Below are positions 7,488-20,100 of a DNA stretch of 64,000 nt, in pieces (within the stretch, counting starts at the first letter, position 1; each line of letters begins with the position of its first letter). The position numbers and the translations under genes were made by a program. Under the pieces are notes generated by a model that worked only from the letters and a program-made list of their open reading frames with translations, had not been told where the DNA came from and ran no database searches. The stretch comes from a virus. Where the stretch lies: the IMG/VR virus record IMGVR_UViG_3300033273_000460, positions 43,771 through 107,770 of that record. One strand, written 5' to 3'.

Positions 7488-10196
7488 ATGGCAATCAGTT
7501 CAAGAAATGTAGGGCGCAGAGGAGGAGACAAAGCCTTTGATACCAGTGCTAAACGTGGTGTTATGGAAGAAAAAGGTATTGTCATTGGCATTGTAAAAGA
7601 AAATGCTCATCCTGTGCGCATGGGCAATATCATGGTGTTCATACCTGGCAGAGGTGCTACTGGACGAACACAACAAGGTGATGCCAAAAGCATTGAAGAT
7701 GATCCAGCGCAATGGCGCATGGTGCGTTATGCTACTCCTTGGTATAGTAGAACAGACGCCACTAGTTCAAAAAACACATACCAAGAAGTAAAAAACACAG
7801 CAGGTATAATTTATCCTGCACCCGATATTGGTACCAAAGTGCTGTGCTTTTTTCCAGAAGGCAAAAACGCTGAAGGTTTTTGGTTTGCTTGTGCACCTGA
7901 TCCTTACATGATGCAGAGTTTGCCCGAGCCAACAAGGTCATCTAATTTTACACAAAACGGAGACATAACACCAAGAAACGCAGCACCTTCAGGCGAGTTT
8001 AACGATAAGACTACAGACACACGATCACTCAAAGAATACATCAGTGTCACTCGCAGTTTGCAAAATGATTTTTACACAAATCTTGTAAAACAAGGCATAG
8101 ATGAAAGTTTTAGCAAAGGCATAAGCAACAGTGGTTACATGCGTGACACACCTGCAGAACTTATTGGCATTACCACCAAAGGTCGCAAGATAGATGCCAA
8201 TGGAATAGACATTGCTGCTCGCGAAGATATACAAAGCGCACTCAGAAGTAATGATGAAAAAAAGGGTGTAAGTGGAGATAATTTAAAAATACTCAAAGGT
8301 TTTAGACGTGCCAAAGGACACAGTCTAATACTTGACGATGGTGATCTACAAGGCCAAGATCAACTCATACGACTTCGCAGTGCTAAAGGTGCACAGTTTT
8401 TGATACATGACACAGAAGAGTTTGTGTACATCATCAACCAAAGTGGCAACGCATGGATGAGCATGGACAAGCATGGACAGATTGATGTGTACAGCGAAAG
8501 AAACATCAACTTCCGCAGCACAAATATGAACTTCCATGCTGAAAAAGATATAAAAATGCATGCTGGAAACTTTATTGATCTGGTAAGCGAAAACGAAGTT
8601 AACATTGAAGCAGACCAAGATGTAAGCATGCACAGCACAGGAGCAATGGCTTTTGTTAATGCCAGTGATGCGGTACACATAAATGCTGGCGGTCAATTGA
8701 ACATGGCTGGTGGCACTATCACAAATATCAAAGCTGGTCCTGCAATGAACGTTCAAGCAGGTACTATATTCTTGCAAGGTAATGCTACTGATCCTACTAC
8801 TAAAAGTGCTATTCCAAGTAGTAAGCCAAGTGATACACAACTAGAGGATAACTTTTACACTGCTAACACTGAAATATACACCACAGTTGACAGAGTGCCT
8901 ACACACGAACCTTATCCAAATTTTGATCAAATCACTGAGCCAACATCACGTGGTAACAGACGCGGCAGCGGAGGCAGCGGTGGTGCAGTTGGCAGTATGC
9001 AAGGCTCAGGCTTAGGTGCTGAAACACCTATCAGCAGTGGAATTGAACCAATTCCTGGTGCACTTGGTGGTGTTGAAGATTTCTCTGGTCCTTTAGCAAC
9101 TGCAACAGGTGGACAACTGTCTAGTGCTTTAAGTTCTGATGTAACTAGTCAAATAAGCGACACAGGTGGTATTACTGCTATATCAGGCAGTGCCAGCACA
9201 ATCACTGCAAGTAGTTTTGATATAGGAGGTCTAAGCAAAGCAGTAAATGGTGCAGGCGTTAGCGGCCTAGCAGACATATCAAACACTGTGCCTGGAATAA
9301 CTGGTGTAACAGACTCTGGCGGTCTCGTACAAGATTTTGGAGGCAATTTGCCTGTTGAGTTTCCTATGCCAAATGTGATTACTGGTGTAAGCAGTGTAGA
9401 TAGATTTTCTCCAGAAAGTTTAGCACAAAGCAGCACTCTCAGCAAACTTAACGCAGGCAGTTTGAGCAAAGTTACAGGTGCATTACCAAACAGTGCTAAT
9501 TTTGGACAACTACCAGGATTGGCAAATGTTAAAAACTTTGCTAACAATGGACTAGCAAATTACCCTCGAGGTTTTGATCCTGTTAAAATTTTACAAAGCA
9601 ATCAATTTTCAACAGGTGTTGGAGGAATTGATGCAGACACTCTCAGAGGAATGGCTGCAGCACAAACCAGTTTTGTTGGCAGTGGAGGACTAACAGACTT
9701 TGTTGACAGTTCAACAGGTGCTGTTGGCAAATATGGATTTACAGTAAGCAATCTAAAAGACGCTGGTTTTATCAAACCTAATGCGGTGTTGAACGCACAG
9801 TTACAAGACTCAAGAATGTGGACAGGCTATCAAGGCATTGACAGTTTTAGCACATTTGCCACCAATAGCAGTTTACAGGATTCGTTGTTTGCTGAAGTTA
9901 CACAAAAGAACATGCAAAGTTTAGCAAATTTAGGCACGTTATTTCCTAATGACCCAACAGATGTAATGGCAGGATTAGCCAACGTATCAAACGCAGTAGG
10001 TGTAAAAAATGCAGGCAATCTCAGGTATGCTAGAGATTTACAACCATTTCCTGTAGATGGAACAACCACAGTGTTAAGTTCACAAGATGTACAAGCAAAA
10101 TCAAACCAATTGTTAGCAGAAACTATGAGTGCAGTCAACAGTCCGTTGTTGCAGAATCCTTTACAGCGCAGTCTGTTTAGGGATGTTCAGGTGTAG
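7488..10196 (+). CDS. gp5: Baseplate central spike, gp5/VgrG-like
   Basis: N-terminal OB-fold-type motif (IGIVKEN...PDIGTKVLCFF), GHSLILDDG..IRLRSAKG, a beta-helix repeat region, RVPTHEPY motif, and a C-terminal degenerate lysozyme-like domain. Confidence 0.72.
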   Translation: MAISSRNVGRRGGDKAFDTSAKRGVMEEKGIVIGIVKENAHPVRMGNIMVFIPGRGATGRTQQGDAKSIEDDPAQWRMVRYATPWYSRTDATSSKNTYQEVKNTAGIIYPAPDIGTKVLCFFPEGKNAEGFWFACAPDPYMMQSLPEPTRSSNFTQNGDITPRNAAPSGEFNDKTTDTRSLKEYISVTRSLQNDFYTNLVKQGIDESFSKGISNSGYMRDTPAELIGITTKGRKIDANGIDIAAREDIQSALRSNDEKKGVSGDNLKILKGFRRAKGHSLILDDGDLQGQDQLIRLRSAKGAQFLIHDTEEFVYIINQSGNAWMSMDKHGQIDVYSERNINFRSTNMNFHAEKDIKMHAGNFIDLVSENEVNIEADQDVSMHSTGAMAFVNASDAVHINAGGQLNMAGGTITNIKAGPAMNVQAGTIFLQGNATDPTTKSAIPSSKPSDTQLEDNFYTANTEIYTTVDRVPTHEPYPNFDQITEPTSRGNRRGSGGSGGAVGSMQGSGLGAETPISSGIEPIPGALGGVEDFSGPLATATGGQLSSALSSDVTSQISDTGGITAISGSASTITASSFDIGGLSKAVNGAGVSGLADISNTVPGITGVTDSGGLVQDFGGNLPVEFPMPNVITGVSSVDRFSPESLAQSSTLSKLNAGSLSKVTGALPNSANFGQLPGLANVKNFANNGLANYPRGFDPVKILQSNQFSTGVGGIDADTLRGMAAAQTSFVGSGGLTDFVDSSTGAVGKYGFTVSNLKDAGFIKPNAVLNAQLQDSRMWTGYQGIDSFSTFATNSSLQDSLFAEVTQKNMQSLANLGTLFPNDPTDVMAGLANVSNAVGVKNAGNLRYARDLQPFPVDGTTTVLSSQDVQAKSNQLLAETMSAVNSPLLQNPLQRSLFRDVQV

Positions 10197-10197
10197 G

Positions 10198-10203
10198 TAA
10201 ATA
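10198..10203 (+). promoter_or_regulatory. Possible late promoter core TAAATA before gp25
   Basis: GGTAAATAcgttATG in the 11-nt intergenic gap. Confidence 0.4.
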
Positions 10204-10207
10204 CGTT

Positions 10208-10585
10208 ATGGCTTACTACAGAGGTTACAACACAGTAGATAATATTTTTAGCAGCACAAGATTGACTGAAAGTTCATTGGTGCGCAGAGATATTCTCAAT
10301 CATTTTAACGTCAATCAAGGCGAAGCAGTGATGCGTCCAAACTTTGGTACTATAATTCAAAGTTTAGTTTTTGAACCATTAACACCAGAAACACAAGAAT
10401 TAATTATTACCGAAATAAAACGTGTTGTAAACAGTGATCCGAGAGTTGTAATGGCTGATATGGAGCTGGAAGAATATCAAAGTGGAATTCAAGTTGCCAT
10501 GACATTAAATTATAGAAACACTGATCTTAGTGAACAACTCTTTATTAAATTTGATAGAGATACACAAACTGCAGTGTTTGTATAA
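10208..10585 (+). CDS. gp25: Baseplate wedge subunit gp25-like
   Basis: GEAVMRPNFGTIIQSLVFEP...DPRV, the GPW/gp25 motif. Confidence 0.9.
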   Translation: MAYYRGYNTVDNIFSSTRLTESSLVRRDILNHFNVNQGEAVMRPNFGTIIQSLVFEPLTPETQELIITEIKRVVNSDPRVVMADMELEEYQSGIQVAMTLNYRNTDLSEQLFIKFDRDTQTAVFV

Positions 10586-10605
10586 TATGCGTAGTTTATA
10601 CATCA

Positions 10606-10613
10606 AATAAATA
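10606..10613 (+). promoter_or_regulatory. Late promoter AATAAATA before gp6
   Basis: Intergenic; followed by TAGGA SD and ATG 10633. Confidence 0.6.
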
Positions 10614-10632
10614 ACACAAATAGGACGTAAAC

Positions 10633-13600
10633 ATGGCACACATCACTAGACAATCAAATTTGTTTGCTGCAGAGGATTGGACCAAACTATACGAAAGTTT
10701 CAAGGAAATTGACTTTCAGAGTTATGATTATCAAACAATTCGTAAGAGTTTGATTGACTATTTGCGTACCTATTATCCGGAAGATTTTAACGATTTTATT
10801 GAAAGCAGTGAATATGTTGCACTGATTGATATGATTGCATATCAAGCACAGGCACTGAGTTTTCGCACAGATTTAAACGCTAGAGAAAACTTTTTAGAAA
10901 CTGCTACACGCAGGGACAGTGTGTTACGTCTTGCCAAAATGGTTAACTACAACCCAAAACGCACACAAGTAGCACGTGGATTGATCAAAGTTGTTGGTGT
11001 AGAAACAACTGAAAGCATTTTTGACAGCAATGGCACAGATCTACAAGGCACTACAATATTTTGGGGAGACACAAACAACCCTGATTTCTTAGAGCAATTT
11101 ACAACAGTAATGAATGCTGCTTTGTTTAGGACACAACGTTTTGGTAAACCTGCTGCAACAACCACTGTTGCAGGTGTTACAATTGACGAATATAATATTA
11201 ATATTGTGCCTAGTACAGTTCCTGTTTATGAATTCCAACAAACAATCAATGGCACAAACATGACCTTTGAAGTTGTAAAAGGTACATACAGCGGAACAAA
11301 CTATCTATACGAAGTTGCACCAAAACCAAGCAACAGCACCAATGTGCTTTATCGCAATGATGGTAGAGGTTTTAACAGTGCTGACAGCGGCTTTTTCTTT
11401 TACATCAAACAAGGTCAACTACAAGTAAGTGACTTTACTGTTGAGGATAGTTTGCCAAACAGAATTATTGATGTTGAAGTAAGCAACATTGACAACAACG
11501 ATGTTTATTTGTACAAAGTTGACAGCAATGGATTAGAAACAACACAATGGTCAAAACTACCAAGTGTTAGTGGTACGAATGTTATCTACAACAGTTTGAG
11601 CAACAACACAAAAACAATTTTTAGTATCAACAGTAAAACAAATGATCAAATACAACTGTTGTTTGGTGATGGCGTGTTCACAGATATTCCTGTAGGCGAC
11701 TTCCGCACCTATTACAGAGTTGGCAATGGCTTAACTTACAAAATTGAACCACAGGATATGCAAAACATTGAGATTAACATTCCATACGTTTCGCATGATA
11801 ATCAATTGGAAACACTCACAGTAACATTAAGTTTGCAAAACACAATCAGCAATGGCACTGCAAAAGAAACACTAACCAATATCAAGACCAAAGCACAACA
11901 ACAGTATTACACACAAAACAGAATGGTAACTGGCGAAGATTATCAGATCTTTCCATTTACAAACTTCAATGATATTGTAAAAGCAAAAGCAGTAAACAGA
12001 ACTGCTAGTGGCATCAGCAGGTATCTTGATGTGCGTGATACCACAGGCAAGTACAGTAGCACAAACATCATAGCCAAAGATGGTATCTTGTATCGTAGCG
12101 AAAGCATCAAAAACTTTACATTTGATTTTGTAACAGACAGTGACATTGCTGTAATGATCAGCGGAACACTAGAGCCTATTGTACAAAACACAGAAAGCAA
12201 ACATTTTTACTATAAAAATTATCCTTACATCACTGCTCCTGCAGGTGTTACCTGGAACCAAAGTACAAGAGGTACTGCTAGTGTAACAGGATATTTTAAA
12301 AATGCAAGTAATAATCCACAACCAATTGGAACATTTACAACTTCAAACATGAAGTATGTCAAACAAGGCACTTTGCTCAAGTTTACTCCTCCAAGTGGAT
12401 ATGTTTTTGATGTAAACAACAATCTTGTAGCAACACCAACAACACTACGTGGTACAAAAGAATATGTTTGGGCAAGCATTAGCAGTGTTACTGGAGATGG
12501 TACAAACCAGGGTGTTGGAAATCTTCTAGATGGAACTGGTCCTGTAACACTAAGTGAGGTAATTCCTAGCACTGCAATATTGACCAGTATCATTGCACCA
12601 TGGAACACTGTACTTCCACAAAGTGTGCGCAACCTAATTATTAACAATGTTAACACCTACAAAACATTTGCACTAAGATATGATGTTGACACACAAGAAT
12701 GGACAGAAATCAATGCGCTTGACTTGAGCAGTAGCACAACATTTGATTTAGGAAACGCCGGCGATACATCAGAAAACAATTTAGATGCAAGTTGGATCTA
12801 TAAATTTACCAACGATGGCATCACATACACTGTTCAATATCGTAGCACAGAATATGTTTTTGAAAGTGCGTTAGAGACACGTTTCTATTTTGATCCAGAC
12901 CAAAGCATATTTGATCCTGCAAGTGGTCGTACAATCAAAGACACAATAAACATATTAACAGTTAACAGTCAACCAGATGCAGATACTGCACTAGGGCAAG
13001 GTTACAAATTAAACATTGCTGATAGGTATGTTGAAACAGATGGTTTTGTAATAAGTGAAAAAATTAAAGTTACATTTGCTGATGTAGACAATGACAGTGT
13101 TGCTGACGATCCTGAATTTTTTGACAAAATTGTAGCACCTGATGTAAACAGCACTACTAAAATTGTATACTATAAAAATTACCTAGACATAGAAGGCTAC
13201 AGTAGAGAAGAACCTGTTGCATCAAGCACAATTGAAGCACAGTACACAACACTAAGTGCTATCAATGCTGTGGTGCAAAGTTACGCTGCTGGACAAATCT
13301 TTTATGCCAGCAGTGAACAAAAATTTTACATAACCAGTGTTGACAACGACAATGTTCGCACTGTTGCTCGGACAACAGATTATACTACCAAGGTTGGCAG
13401 AGACAACTTGATATTCCAATACACACACAATGCGCCAAACACCAGACGCATTGATCCAAGTCCAACCAATCTTATAGACATGTATTTGCTTACACGCACT
13501 TACGACCAAGACTATCGGAATTGGGTAAGTGATATCACAGGACGTGTGAGCAAGCCTGCACAGTTAACCACAAGTCAATTGCGAGATAACTACGGAAGTC

Positions 13601-14175
13601 TTGACAATGCTAAAAGTGTTAGTGACAGTTTGATTTTCCATAATGTTAGTTACAGACCATTGTTTGGTAACAAAGCAGATGAAGAACTACAAGCAACATT
13701 TAAAGTAGTGAAAAATAAACAAGCATTTGTAAGTGATAATGAAATTAAAGCCAGTGTTGTACAAGCAATTAATGATTATTTTGCTTTAGAAAACTGGGAT
13801 TTTGGTGATACTTTTTATTTCAGTGAATTGAGTGCATACTTGCATCAAACACTAGCACCAAATGTATTAAGCATTATTATTGTACCAAAGAAAAGTACAA
13901 GTGTATTTGGAAGCCTATACCAAATAACCAGTAACAGGGATGAAATTTTTATCAGCAGTGCAACTGTAAATGATATTGAAATTATTGATACAATAACTGC
14001 TACACAATTGGCAGCAAGTGGTAACGTTGTTAGTAATGCAGCATCAACCATTGCAAGTGAAAGTATTATAAGTGCTACATCAGGTAACACAACAACTGCA
14101 GTGACAACAAGTACAAATAACACAACCAGTACTACAACAAGTGCAAGTTCAAGCAGTGGAGGCTATAGTTACTAA
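10633..14175 (+). CDS. gp6: Baseplate wedge subunit gp6-like
   Basis: DFNDFIESSEYVALIDMIAY...ARENFLETATRRDSVLRLAKMVNYNPKR, LLFGDG, QNRMVTGEDY (baseplate J/gp6 motifs); Ser/Thr-rich C-terminal tail. Confidence 0.88.
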   Translation: MAHITRQSNLFAAEDWTKLYESFKEIDFQSYDYQTIRKSLIDYLRTYYPEDFNDFIESSEYVALIDMIAYQAQALSFRTDLNARENFLETATRRDSVLRLAKMVNYNPKRTQVARGLIKVVGVETTESIFDSNGTDLQGTTIFWGDTNNPDFLEQFTTVMNAALFRTQRFGKPAATTTVAGVTIDEYNINIVPSTVPVYEFQQTINGTNMTFEVVKGTYSGTNYLYEVAPKPSNSTNVLYRNDGRGFNSADSGFFFYIKQGQLQVSDFTVEDSLPNRIIDVEVSNIDNNDVYLYKVDSNGLETTQWSKLPSVSGTNVIYNSLSNNTKTIFSINSKTNDQIQLLFGDGVFTDIPVGDFRTYYRVGNGLTYKIEPQDMQNIEINIPYVSHDNQLETLTVTLSLQNTISNGTAKETLTNIKTKAQQQYYTQNRMVTGEDYQIFPFTNFNDIVKAKAVNRTASGISRYLDVRDTTGKYSSTNIIAKDGILYRSESIKNFTFDFVTDSDIAVMISGTLEPIVQNTESKHFYYKNYPYITAPAGVTWNQSTRGTASVTGYFKNASNNPQPIGTFTTSNMKYVKQGTLLKFTPPSGYVFDVNNNLVATPTTLRGTKEYVWASISSVTGDGTNQGVGNLLDGTGPVTLSEVIPSTAILTSIIAPWNTVLPQSVRNLIINNVNTYKTFALRYDVDTQEWTEINALDLSSSTTFDLGNAGDTSENNLDASWIYKFTNDGITYTVQYRSTEYVFESALETRFYFDPDQSIFDPASGRTIKDTINILTVNSQPDADTALGQGYKLNIADRYVETDGFVISEKIKVTFADVDNDSVADDPEFFDKIVAPDVNSTTKIVYYKNYLDIEGYSREEPVASSTIEAQYTTLSAINAVVQSYAAGQIFYASSEQKFYITSVDNDNVRTVARTTDYTTKVGRDNLIFQYTHNAPNTRRIDPSPTNLIDMYLLTRTYDQDYRNWVSDITGRVSKPAQLTTSQLRDNYGSLDNAKSVSDSLIFHNVSYRPLFGNKADEELQATFKVVKNKQAFVSDNEIKASVVQAINDYFALENWDFGDTFYFSELSAYLHQTLAPNVLSIIIVPKKSTSVFGSLYQITSNRDEIFISSATVNDIEIIDTITATQLAASGNVVSNAASTIASESIISATSGNTTTAVTTSTNNTTSTTTSASSSSGGYSY

Positions 14176-17100
14176 TGGCATTGCGTAAACATTCACAACT
14201 GCTCCCGGGCGTATTTCAAACTTCTCGTAATCAAAAGTTTTTAAATGCTACACTGGACCAATTGAACAGTGAACCAAATAATGTTCGCATCAATCAGTAC
14301 ATTGGACGTTCACCAACTAGAAGTTATGTCAAAGGTGATGGTTATATTACAGAAAGTACTGCTCTTAGGCAAAGCTACCAACTAGAACCAGCAGTTGTAT
14401 ATCGCAACAGTGCTGGTGAGGTAGAAAGTGTTGATGGTATCATTAATGCTGTTAACAGTATAGCATTTAACAATGGCGATACAAATAATTTACACAACTT
14501 GGTAACTCAACAATATTACAACTACGAAGGTTGGGTTGACAATGACAAATTGATCAACTATGGTGAATACTTTTGGTTGCCTAAAGGACCAGATGTTGTT
14601 AATGTAGGCGGCAGTGCCGTTGACCCAGAAAAAGATTTTACAGTAAACCGTAGTGACACAACCCGTATCACAGAATTATACGACAGCAATCCCTATGATA
14701 GTCAACCATTTGCTGAATACTTTGAAGACATCAGCACAGCAACAAGTTATTATACATTTAATAATGATGCAGATCAAAACCAAACAATTTATCTAGCTAG
14801 AGGTGGTGAGTATACCTTCACTGTTGATCAACCAGGATTTCCTTTCTGGATCCAAACTGAAATTGGTATAAGTGGTATTAGCACAAGTCAAAGCAATATC
14901 AGCACAAGAGAAGTTGCTGGTGTTGTAAACAATGGCGAAGACGATGGTGTAATCACATACAGAGTTCCAACAGTAGATGATCAAAATTATTATGTAAATT
15001 TACCTGTAACTGCTAATGTAGACCTAGCAACTGATTTAACATGGAAGCAACTGCACAACCAGCCATTGGCAAATATACTTGCCAATGGCGGCATTGACAC
15101 ACTGACCAGTTTTGATGGTAAAACACTAGTGTTTGCAAATCAAAATCTTAATGAAAGAGAATGGGAAGCTGGTGCACTGTTTGACAGTGTAGGATTTGAT
15201 GACCCTGAGGGTTTTGACCCTACAACTGTTATCAGTATAGCAGATCGTTACAGTGTATACAAAATTAACGTAACTAACATTGCTGGCACAGACTACGTGC
15301 TGCTAACCAAACTTAGCGATATACCTCAATACACCAAAGTAAAAATTAAACAAGGTGTTACCTACGGATCACGTGAACTATACAAAAATGTAGATGGATT
15401 ATTAGAACTTATTCCACCTATCACTGCAGACAATAATGTACTATACTACAGAGATGGTGTAAACGAAAACATGTTTGGACGCATTGTATTGGTAGACATT
15501 GGCAATGCACAAACTATTAATGTCACCAATGACATCATTGGACAAAATGATTATACTGCTCCAAATGGTGTTGTGTTTACAAACGGATTAAAAATTGAAT
15601 TTGACAGTACTGTGTTACCTGAAAGTTATCAGAACAACACCTACTACATTGAAGGTGTAGGACAACGCAGTGGTATTTGTTTGGTTCCAGAAGTTGATCT
15701 TAGCACACCAGAAACATTCACAAACAGCCTCAGCGAACCTTTTGATAGCATAGGATTTGATGCAGGTAATTTTGATGGTACAGAGTTTGCTCCAAGTGAC
15801 CCTGACTACATTGTAATGAACAGGGCATGCCGTGATAACAATGCTTGGAGTCGTTACAACAGATGGTTCCACAAAAGTGTTATTGAAGCAGCAGCAGCAT
15901 ACAATGATTTCACTGTGACTGTTGATTATACTGCAAGAGCAAAACGCCCTATTGTAGAATACCGTGCAGGTCTACAACTGTTTAATCATGGCATTAATGC
16001 AAAACAGCCTGTGAGTATTTTTGATGTTACACAAACAGACGCACTCAGCAATGTAGCAGGAACCACAGGATACTATGCAGATGGTATCAACTTAGATCCA
16101 CAAATGCGTATTGTGTTCAGTGCTGACACTGATGAAAATGTAAGGAAAACAGTCTACAGAGTTGACTTCATTGACCAAGACGGCGATATTACAACAGATA
16201 AAATTATAAACTTGGTACCTGTTGATACCATTACAGAAGATGACTGTTTGGTTGCAAAATTAGGCACTACAAATCAAGGTAAAATGTTCTATTTCAAAAA
16301 TGGTGTATGGAACGAAAGTCAACAAAAGACAGAGTTGTTTCAAGATCCATTGTTTGATATACACAACGGAAGTCATGTTAGTTTAAGTGATACCACTGCA
16401 TATCCTGACAGTTCGTTTGTAGGAACAAAACTATTCAGTTATAAACGCAACAACAACGCTGCCAGTGACAGTGTGTTAGGCTTTGGTTTAAGTTATAAAA
16501 ACTTTAACAACATTGGCGATATTGTTTTTGATAACAACTTTATCTCAGACACATTCACATATACAAAACCAAGCACAGGCAAACAAACAAGTATTATTGT
16601 TAAAAGTGGACATGCTCATTCTTATGATTACAACACAGGTGCTCGCAGACTTGAAAATGGCTGGCGTAGAATCAACGTTGAAAGCAAAGACTTCCAGATT
16701 GTAAGATACGAAGTTGTAGATGAGTTTTACAGTTTTGAAATTGGATGTCAGCCTTACCAAAACAATACCAGCACAAATTTAAAAGTATACATCAACAGCA
16801 AGTTCCTAGAGCCAAGCAAGTATACTGTACTAAGTCAAAACAACAAATACTATGTGGTGCTTGATACTGCAGCACAAGTAGATGATGTTGTAGTAATAAA
16901 AGTATTCAGCAATGACCTTACTTCGTTAGGCTATTTTGAAACACCTGTAAACTTAGAAAACAATGCCAACAACACAGATTTCACTGACCTAACACTAGGA
17001 CAAATGAGAAATCATCACATTGAAATTGGAGAAAATATTCCAACCTTGTCTGGTAGTATACTTGGTGCTAACAACATGAGAGACATCGATGTTGCTCAGT

Positions 17101-20100
17101 ATGCTGGTAAAATACTACAGCACAGTGCAGGTGCAATTATTCCGTTCTATTTGCTTACAAATGAAAAAGCAAACATCATTGATGCTATAAAGTTTAGCAG
17201 CACTGAATACACAAGATTCAAAAATAGATTCATAGACAATCTTGACAAGTTAGATTTAGATCTACTTGATGCAGCTGGCAGTGTTGACAAAATACTAGAG
17301 ACAATGGTAGGCAGTAAAACCAATGCATTTCCTTTTTACTACAGCGACATGGTTGGTTGGGGCAATCAAAAAAGCACATACAATTATACACTAGACAACA
17401 TTCAAGAAAGATTTTATGAGTTTGGCACACAGTTTGACCTAAATGATGTTAGTCAACGCAGTGTCCTAGTTTACCTCACAAACAGCAAAAACCAAAAGCA
17501 ACAACTTGTACACGGTCGTGATTATACCTTTGACACAGAAGTTGCTGGAATTCATCTTGACACTAATTTAACCATAGCAGTTGGAAATGTGTTAACAATT
17601 GTTGAATATACAGACACAGATGGCAGTTTTGTTCCGCCTACTCCAAGTAAACTTGGACTATGGCCAGCAATTGAACCAAGTGTGTACCTTGAACAAAACT
17701 TTGGTTATGAAGATACCGGCACTGGTCCATACAAAGTGTACGGAACACTTGATCCAAACTACACACAACATGGGCAAGGACAATTGGGTTTTGCATACCC
17801 TTTGTATACCACTTATGAAGCAGCACAGGCTGCTGATAGAGCTGCTGGTGGTGATGGCACAGGCATTCATATTCACAAGTTTATAGGTACACCACAACTT
17901 TTCTATATGCCTGCCGCAGCAGGTTTGCCACAGCATGGAGCACAGGATAACTCCACCATTGATTATTATCCAGGTGTGCGTACAATCATTAGAGGGCATG
18001 ATGGTTCACGTTACGTTGGTTTTGGCGATGTACGTGACAGTATCATTTTTGAATACGAAGCTAGAGTATACAACAATATCAAAACTGTTTACAGCAATGA
18101 ATTGTTTGATTGGCAGGAAGTACTAACTGGTTATGCTCGCAGTACTCAAGAAGATAGAAAAATTGAAAATGATATACTGCGTAGCAGTTATGGCACCTGG
18201 GCAGAAAAGAATCGTATAGACATCACTAAAAATGATACATTTAGTGTAGCAAATGCATTTACATGGAACTACTCCCAAAGCCAAAATAAAAATACTGGAG
18301 ATACATGGCCGGGCGGCTGGAGAGGCATATTCAATTGGTTGTATGACACCGAAACTCCACACTTAACTCCATGGGAAATGTTAGGACTATCCTCAAAACC
18401 AAGTTGGTGGGATTATCGTTATGGTGCAGCTCCTTATACAAAAGGTAACACTGTGTTGTGGGAAGACCTACGTGATGGCAAGTTATACAGTGATGCAATC
18501 AGCAGTGAATACACCACGCTGTCAAGATACCAACGTCCAGAGCTGTTAGATTTTATTCCAACAGACGAACAAGGTAATCTTCGTCCTCCTGCAGATTTTG
18601 CCTGCAAAGATTTATCTGTTAGCACTGCAAATGGCACTTGGCGTTTTGGTGACTATTCACCACAAGAAACTGCTTGGAGAACCAGCAGCGAATGGCCATT
18701 CGCTGCACAATTGTTAGGGATACTACGCAAGCCCGCAAAGTATTGTAGTTTGCTATGGGATACAAATTTATTTGAATACAACAGTGCATTTGATCAAATA
18801 CTACAGAAAAACAGGACATACAGACCAAACCTTGCAGACTACTGCTTGCACGGCGTTGCTGACAGCAACGGCACAATAAGTCGCAGAGAAGGTTATAATC
18901 AATTTATTTTCAATCATCTTGTGTACAACAACTTCAGTGCCAGTGATGTTGAAACAAAGGTAAGAAATCTAGAACTAAATCTTTGTTATGCTGTTGGTGG
19001 TTTTACTGACAAAAACCTACTCAAAGTTGTAGCAGAAACAGCAACACCAAACACCAGCAACAACACAATTTTTGTTCCAGATGAAAACTACACTATCTTT
19101 TTAAGCAAAAGCACTCCGCTAGAGCGTGTGGTGTACAGTGGTGTGCGTATTGTTCGTGTTGAGAATGGTTATAAGATCACAGGTTACGACAGTGCCAATC
19201 CGTTTTTTAAAGTTGTTCCTAGTAAAAAATCACAGAACACTAGAACATTCAGTATAGGACCTGACACTGGTTTTAGTGTATATGATGATTATAATCCTTA
19301 TATTGTAAATCTAGCATATGGTACAGTTTTGTCAACCAAGCAGCAGGTGGTAGATTTCCTAAACAGTTTACAAAGATACTATGTAAACAAAGGAATTGTG
19401 TTTGACAACGACAACGGTGACTTTATTCAAGCTGCAAAAGAGTTTGTGTTCTGGAGTCAACAAGGATGGGAAACAGGCAGTGTGTTTACTGTTAGTCCTT
19501 TGTATGATAGAATTAAAATAAATCGTAATTTTACAACAATAGATGATCTAAGTCAAACCATAAGTTTACGTGACGTCAATGGCAAACCTATTGCTAAAAC
19601 AGATTATAAAGTTAGTCGCATAGACAACGAAACTATAGTTTATGTTAACTCAGAAAACACAGTGTTAGCAAGTGCTGTGATAAATCCTATACAGTATGAA
19701 CATGTGTTGGTATTAGACAATGAAACTATTTTTAATGATCTAGTGTATCAACCAAATCTAGGCAACAGACAAGATAGATTAAAATTAATTGGACAAAAGA
19801 CAGGAGACTGGAATGGTACACTGCACGCACCAGGTTATATTGTAAGTGCAGATAGTTTTAATATTTGGTTAGAAAATAAAAGTTACAGCAAAGGGGAATA
19901 TGTAAGTTTCCGCAACAAAGAATATGTAGCCAACCAAGATCATTCAGGAACATCAACTTTTGATTATGACAACTGGGATTTACTACCTAATTATAAATCA
20001 GGTTTGTTAAAAAATATTGCACATCGCAGTTCACAATTTGAAAACTTTTACAACATTGACATACTCAATATTGAAAATGATGTTGATTTAGCAGGCAAAG

